In this document: positions 60,441 to 64,000 of the stretch, in pieces
How positions within the stretch are numbered: the stretch's first letter is position 1
Layout of the letters: each line of letters opens with the position of its first letter
DNA from: Dehalococcoidia bacterium
GTDB lineage: Bacteria > Chloroflexota > Dehalococcoidia > Bin125
Reading direction: 5' to 3'
Assembly (NCBI GenBank): GCA_963663235.2
Contig: CAXXNO010000008.1
Coordinates: 64,001-128,000, forward strand
DNA: 64,000 nucleotides
The notes under the pieces: generated by a model
What the model was told of the DNA's origin: nothing
The model's input: the letters and a program-made list of their open reading frames with translations, nothing else
Database searches by the model: none
Program-made: the position numbers and the translations under genes

Positions 60441-61935
60441 TGCGGTTGTTGATCTCCTCGACCTGCACCGCCGCGCTGCGGGCCATTCGACCAAAGTCGG
60501 AGACCAGAGTCCGTGCTTTGACCGACCCCCCAATTGCGCCGTTCGATGGATGGGAACGCTTGGCCCGCCTGCTATCAAGGTGAGCACGGGCTCACGCCTG
60601 GCGGCCCACGCCGCCGGTTGACGAAGACAGGCAGGTGGAGTCAGTCATTCTCAGCTTCAACTGCCGGTCTGAGACCCGAATCCGAGTGGGCCTTGCGGCG
60701 GCGCGCTCCGATGCTACGGTTTGTGTTCGTTCGATGATCGGAGGGCGACGGTGAAGGACGAGAAGCGCAGCGACCGCGGAGTCTCGCTGACGAGACGTCG
60801 ATTCCTGAAGCGCACGGGCAAGGCCACCGTAGGCCTCGCCTCGCTGATGGCCGTCGGCCCAGCGATCGTTGCCTCCACATCCAAGTCCGTCCATGCGGGT
60901 CATGCTGATGGGCATGCGTGTCTTAATCTCACGGACCTGGGGGAGATCGTCGCCCGCGTGCGTGTGCCCGTGGGCAGCGCCGGCAACCGCGACATCGAGA
61001 TCATCCGCGACGGGGACAAGCCGCCCACTGGCACTGCTGATCCCCTGCGCCAGTACGACACCTTCGACGGCATCGATATATCTGCTGAGGATTGGATCGG
61101 CTACGCCTACCCCTCGACGCACACCTTCCATCAGGTGGTGTTCCAAGAGGGGATGCACTTCTGGGACGGTGGCTGGTTCGAATCGCTCACGGTACAGGTC
61201 CGCCAGGGTCGGACGTGGGTGCCGGTCACGGGACTTTCGATCTTGCCGGACTACCCTTTCGCCGACAACGGCGTTTCGTATGAGAGCTATACCCTGACGT
61301 TCGATGAGGTCACCGGCGACGGCATCCGCCTCGTCGGTGCCCCCGGCGGCTTCTCGGACTTCATCTCTGTCGCCGAGCTTGAGATCTTCGGCGACTGCGA
61401 GCGGGACTCGCGCAATGACCCGTCGCAGCACTCGCCGGCGGTCGTCCCGGAGGAATGCACTAACTGGACCCAGGACGGGCAGATCATCGCTCGCGTGACC
61501 TCGCCGACCGGCGGAGGCAACCACGACATCGAGGTGATTCGGGACGGCAACCTGCCGCCCGTCGGCAGCGGAGACTCCTCGCGCCAGTACGACACGCACG
61601 ATGGCGCGAACAGCGCCGACAATGACTGGATCGGATACGAGTACTCGTCGGATCGGACGTTTGACCACATCGTCTTCCAGGAGGGAAGGCAGTTCTGGAA
61701 CGGCGGTTGGTTCGAAACGCTCACCGTGCAGGTTCGCCAAGGTGGGAGTTGGCAGTCCGTGAGCGGGCTCTCGATCTCGCCGGACTACCCGTTCGCCGAC
61801 AACGACGTCTCCTTCGAGATCTACACGCTCATCTTCGACGAGATCACCGGCGACGCGATCCGTATCTTTGGTGCTCCAGGCGGGAGCCACGATTTCATCT
61901 CCGTGGCTGAGTTGGCGGTCTACTGGGGCAATTGC
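58884..61935 (+). repeat. Four 480-nt coding repeats (160-aa Cys-to-Cys domain)
   Basis: Copies at 58884-59363, 59409-59888, 60919-61398, 61456-61935; shared QYDT.DG, DWIGY.Y, FQEG, GGWFE.LTVQVR, GAPGG...FISV.EL. Confidence 0.92.
60486..60582 (+). promoter_or_regulatory. Conserved upstream block, copy 2
   Basis: TTCGACCAAAGTCGGAGACCAGAGTC...TTGCGCCGTTCG...TGCTATCAAGGTG. Confidence 0.7.
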
Positions 61936-62076
61936 TGGGAGCACAGCTACAACTCGAACCATAACTCTTCCAACAACAGCAACTCACAGAGCAACCACTC
62001 GAACAGCAGCAGCTCGAACAGCAGCAGCTCGAACAGCCACTCGAAGAGCAAGAGCTCGCGGAGCAGTCGGTCATGA
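60751..62076 (+). CDS. Tat-exported paralogue: two discoidin-like domains plus Ser/Asn-rich tail (frame continues to TAG 62194-62196)
   Basis: GGAGG SD, TRRRFLK signal, two 160-aa repeats, 45-aa tail with 24 Ser. Confidence 0.82.
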   Translation: MKDEKRSDRGVSLTRRRFLKRTGKATVGLASLMAVGPAIVASTSKSVHAGHADGHACLNLTDLGEIVARVRVPVGSAGNRDIEIIRDGDKPPTGTADPLRQYDTFDGIDISAEDWIGYAYPSTHTFHQVVFQEGMHFWDGGWFESLTVQVRQGRTWVPVTGLSILPDYPFADNGVSYESYTLTFDEVTGDGIRLVGAPGGFSDFISVAELEIFGDCERDSRNDPSQHSPAVVPEECTNWTQDGQIIARVTSPTGGGNHDIEVIRDGNLPPVGSGDSSRQYDTHDGANSADNDWIGYEYSSDRTFDHIVFQEGRQFWNGGWFETLTVQVRQGGSWQSVSGLSISPDYPFADNDVSFEIYTLIFDEITGDAIRIFGAPGGSHDFISVAELAVYWGNCWEHSYNSNHNSSNNSNSQSNHSNSSSSNSSSSNSHSKSKSSRSSRS

Positions 62077-62166
62077 AGCCGGAGTTCACGAAGTAGGAGC
62101 CGGTCGCGCACCCGCCATTCGCGGAGCAGCCGGTCGCACAGCCGGAGCTCACGAAGTAGGAGCCGG
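62056..62166 (+). repeat. 63-nt-period duplication encoding Ser/Arg repeats across the TGA
   Basis: 62056-62103 vs 62119-62166 differ only at three synonymous Ser codons and TGA/CAC. Confidence 0.85.
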
Positions 62167-62211
62167 GGCCGGAGCGGCCGCCACTCGAGGTCGTAGCGCC
62201 GAAACGCTGTA

Positions 62212-63480
62212 ATGTCAGGTAAGCTTCCTTCTGTACCGGTCGGCCGAGCCCCTGGCTCGGCCGGTTCCGCGTCCGTGTTGGATCAGGACCGATCGAAGGC
62301 CGCCTCGTGGGCCGAAGAGCGGCCCACGGACGGAGCGACGGTGGTACGGCTGTTCCGAAATTCCGATGTGACGTTACGGGCGATGGCTGATGGGTCGGCG
62401 ATAGCGATCGACGAAGCCCAGCGCGAGGCCCATGCGTTCAACCCGGAGGCGGTCGCCATATGGAACGCACGCTCATCGTGGACCGAAGATGAGCTGGAGG
62501 CGTGGCTGCGAGAGAACGGCCTGCCTGCCCCCGCAGCCCGCGAGCTGGCGCACCGGTTTCTGGGGCAGTTACGCGCTGCCGGGCTGTTCCACGAAGCCGA
62601 AGCCCCTCCGGCTGTCGCTTCGCAGGCAGGCCACGCGGCAGCCAATGTCTCCCATTACCGCATGTGGAAGACCGACATGCGGGTGCGCATTCCCGACGCC
62701 GAGATCGAACAGTACATCCATCGGTTGTGTCATCAGTTCGCCTCGCAGCCGTCCGAGAACGCTGTGGAGTTCGAAATTCGTCCTGGCCGCGACGGTCGGT
62801 GGAAGATCGTGCGAGACGGCGAAGTTGTCGAGGAGCGCGGTTCGGCTATCACTGCGGCTCGCGAGCTCGAGTGGTACATGGTGGAGACGGCGACCCACGC
62901 GGAGCGCTATTTCGCGCACTTTCACGCATCCGCGCTGACCAGGAACGGCCGGACGCTGCTGATTCCCGGAAAGTCCGGGTCCGGCAAGTCCACGCTCTGC
63001 CTGGTGCTCTGCACGCACGGCTTCGAGCTGCTTGGCGATGATGTCATCTTCATGGACCCTGTCTCCGGCGCCATCCACCCATTTCAGCGCGCGTTGCACG
63101 TCCACGATGATGCCATCCCCCTCTTGCAGGATGCCGGATTCCCATATGACCCCGCGCTCCACCTTCCCAATTTCTTGGAGGTGGACGCGCTGGCAGCCTG
63201 GCGCACCAGCCCAAGCCCGCCCCTTTCACACATCCTGTTCGTGGACTGGGACGAAGAAGGCCCGGTCGAGGTCGCGCCGATCACGCAGGCCGAGGCAGCG
63301 GTGGCGATCCGTCCCTTCTCCCACAATCTGAAGCGGCGACTGGACGGCGGCTGGCCGACTTTGCAGCGCATCGTGGACCATACCCAATGCGCCCGCCTGC
63401 TGCGCGGTCAAGACTTGCTGAGCGCGGCTGAGGCGATCCGCGATCTGATCGACAGCGAACCGCCGGCTTCAGACCGCTGA
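62212..63480 (+). CDS. PqqD/RRE domain fused to HPr-kinase-like P-loop kinase (alternative start GTG 62341)
   Basis: AHAFNPEAVAIW...FLGQLRAAGL (PqqD pattern); HASA, GKSGSGKST, LLGDD kinase motifs. Confidence 0.82.
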   Translation: MSGKLPSVPVGRAPGSAGSASVLDQDRSKAASWAEERPTDGATVVRLFRNSDVTLRAMADGSAIAIDEAQREAHAFNPEAVAIWNARSSWTEDELEAWLRENGLPAPAARELAHRFLGQLRAAGLFHEAEAPPAVASQAGHAAANVSHYRMWKTDMRVRIPDAEIEQYIHRLCHQFASQPSENAVEFEIRPGRDGRWKIVRDGEVVEERGSAITAARELEWYMVETATHAERYFAHFHASALTRNGRTLLIPGKSGSGKSTLCLVLCTHGFELLGDDVIFMDPVSGAIHPFQRALHVHDDAIPLLQDAGFPYDPALHLPNFLEVDALAAWRTSPSPPLSHILFVDWDEEGPVEVAPITQAEAAVAIRPFSHNLKRRLDGGWPTLQRIVDHTQCARLLRGQDLLSAAEAIRDLIDSEPPASDR

Positions 63481-64000
63481 CACGGGCTGGTTCGTCGCCG
63501 GGTTCATCTCGAACGGGCTGGGAAGATCCAGCTCCTCGGCGATCTCGCGCACGGCGGGCAGCACCTCGTCGCCCATGAGGCGCAGGCTGCGCATCGTGTC
63601 GTCGTGGGTCATCGCGCCGTCGCCATCCCAGAAGATGATGCTGCCCGGCCGCAAGTACTCCAGGACGTAGCGGAGCTGGGCGATCACCGTTGGCGGTGTC
63701 CCCGCGATAATCGTGTGCTTCTCAATCTGGTCCTCATAGGTGCCCGCAAAGTCTTGATCCGGCTTGACCTGCCCCGGTTGGAGGGCTGGACGGGTCGGCT
63801 TCTTCCGGCCACGGGAGAACGCAGCCCCCCACGTCTTGATCGTTGGCAGAACCTCCGTGCGCGAAGTCATGCCCGGAAGGTTCTGTAGGAAGCCGCGAAC
63901 CTGCCCCTGGTTTCCTTCCAGGAACGGGTTGCTGGGCCCCTTCAGGAACTTGCGCGCCGTCGCCTCGGCAAGCTCTTCGGTCTCGTCCACGTGCACCTTG
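63469..64000 (-). CDS. LLM-class oxidoreductase, 5'-partial
   Basis: IAGTP.TV..QL, MTHDDTMRSLRLMGDEVLPAVR typical of LLM C-terminus. Confidence 0.78.
   Translation of the reverse strand, partial: KVHVDETEELAEATARKFLKGPSNPFLEGNQGQVRGFLQNLPGMTSRTEVLPTIKTWGAAFSRGRKKPTRPALQPGQVKPDQDFAGTYEDQIEKHTIIAGTPPTVIAQLRYVLEYLRPGSIIFWDGDGAMTHDDTMRSLRLMGDEVLPAVREIAEELDLPSPFEMNPATNQPVSAV

Noticed and set aside
58884-62196. Repeats as a CRISPR array or diversity-generating retroelement template
   Set aside because: Repeats are in-frame coding domains with largely synonymous divergence; no spacers, cas genes or reverse transcriptase in the window
61868-62212. Alternative-frame ORF (HEVGAG repeats) over the RS tail
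   Set aside because: Differences between repeat copies are synonymous in the Ser/Arg frame, so this is a shadow ORF

Overview
High-GC bacterial DNA. The many LLM/F420-type oxidoreductases, amidases and amidohydrolases suggest Chloroflexota (Dehalococcoidia-like), but that is inference only. The window opens in the 3' part of an IS6-family element and is mostly catabolic genes. These include a liuBCDE-like carboxylase cluster ending in a 3-sulfinopropanoyl-CoA desulfinase-like gene, a Tat-less Mo-oxidoreductase/NrfCD/TauE/MBL-rhodanese sulfur module, a UxxC selenoprotein split by the ORF caller, a PPi-type PFK with class I aldolase, and several gene remnants. The most unusual locus is 56.6-63.5 kb: a lysyl-oxidase-like protein, a SAM methyltransferase, two tandem Tat-exported paralogues, and an RRE(PqqD)-HPr-kinase-like fusion. 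Each paralogue is built from two 160-aa Cys-bracketed domains and sits behind a copy of the same palindromic operator. One ends in an M23 peptidase; the other ends in a Ser/Asn tail whose frame continues past a TGA as an Arg-Ser repeat. No rRNA, tRNA or CRISPR array was recognised. All calls come from reading motifs by eye; no searches were run.
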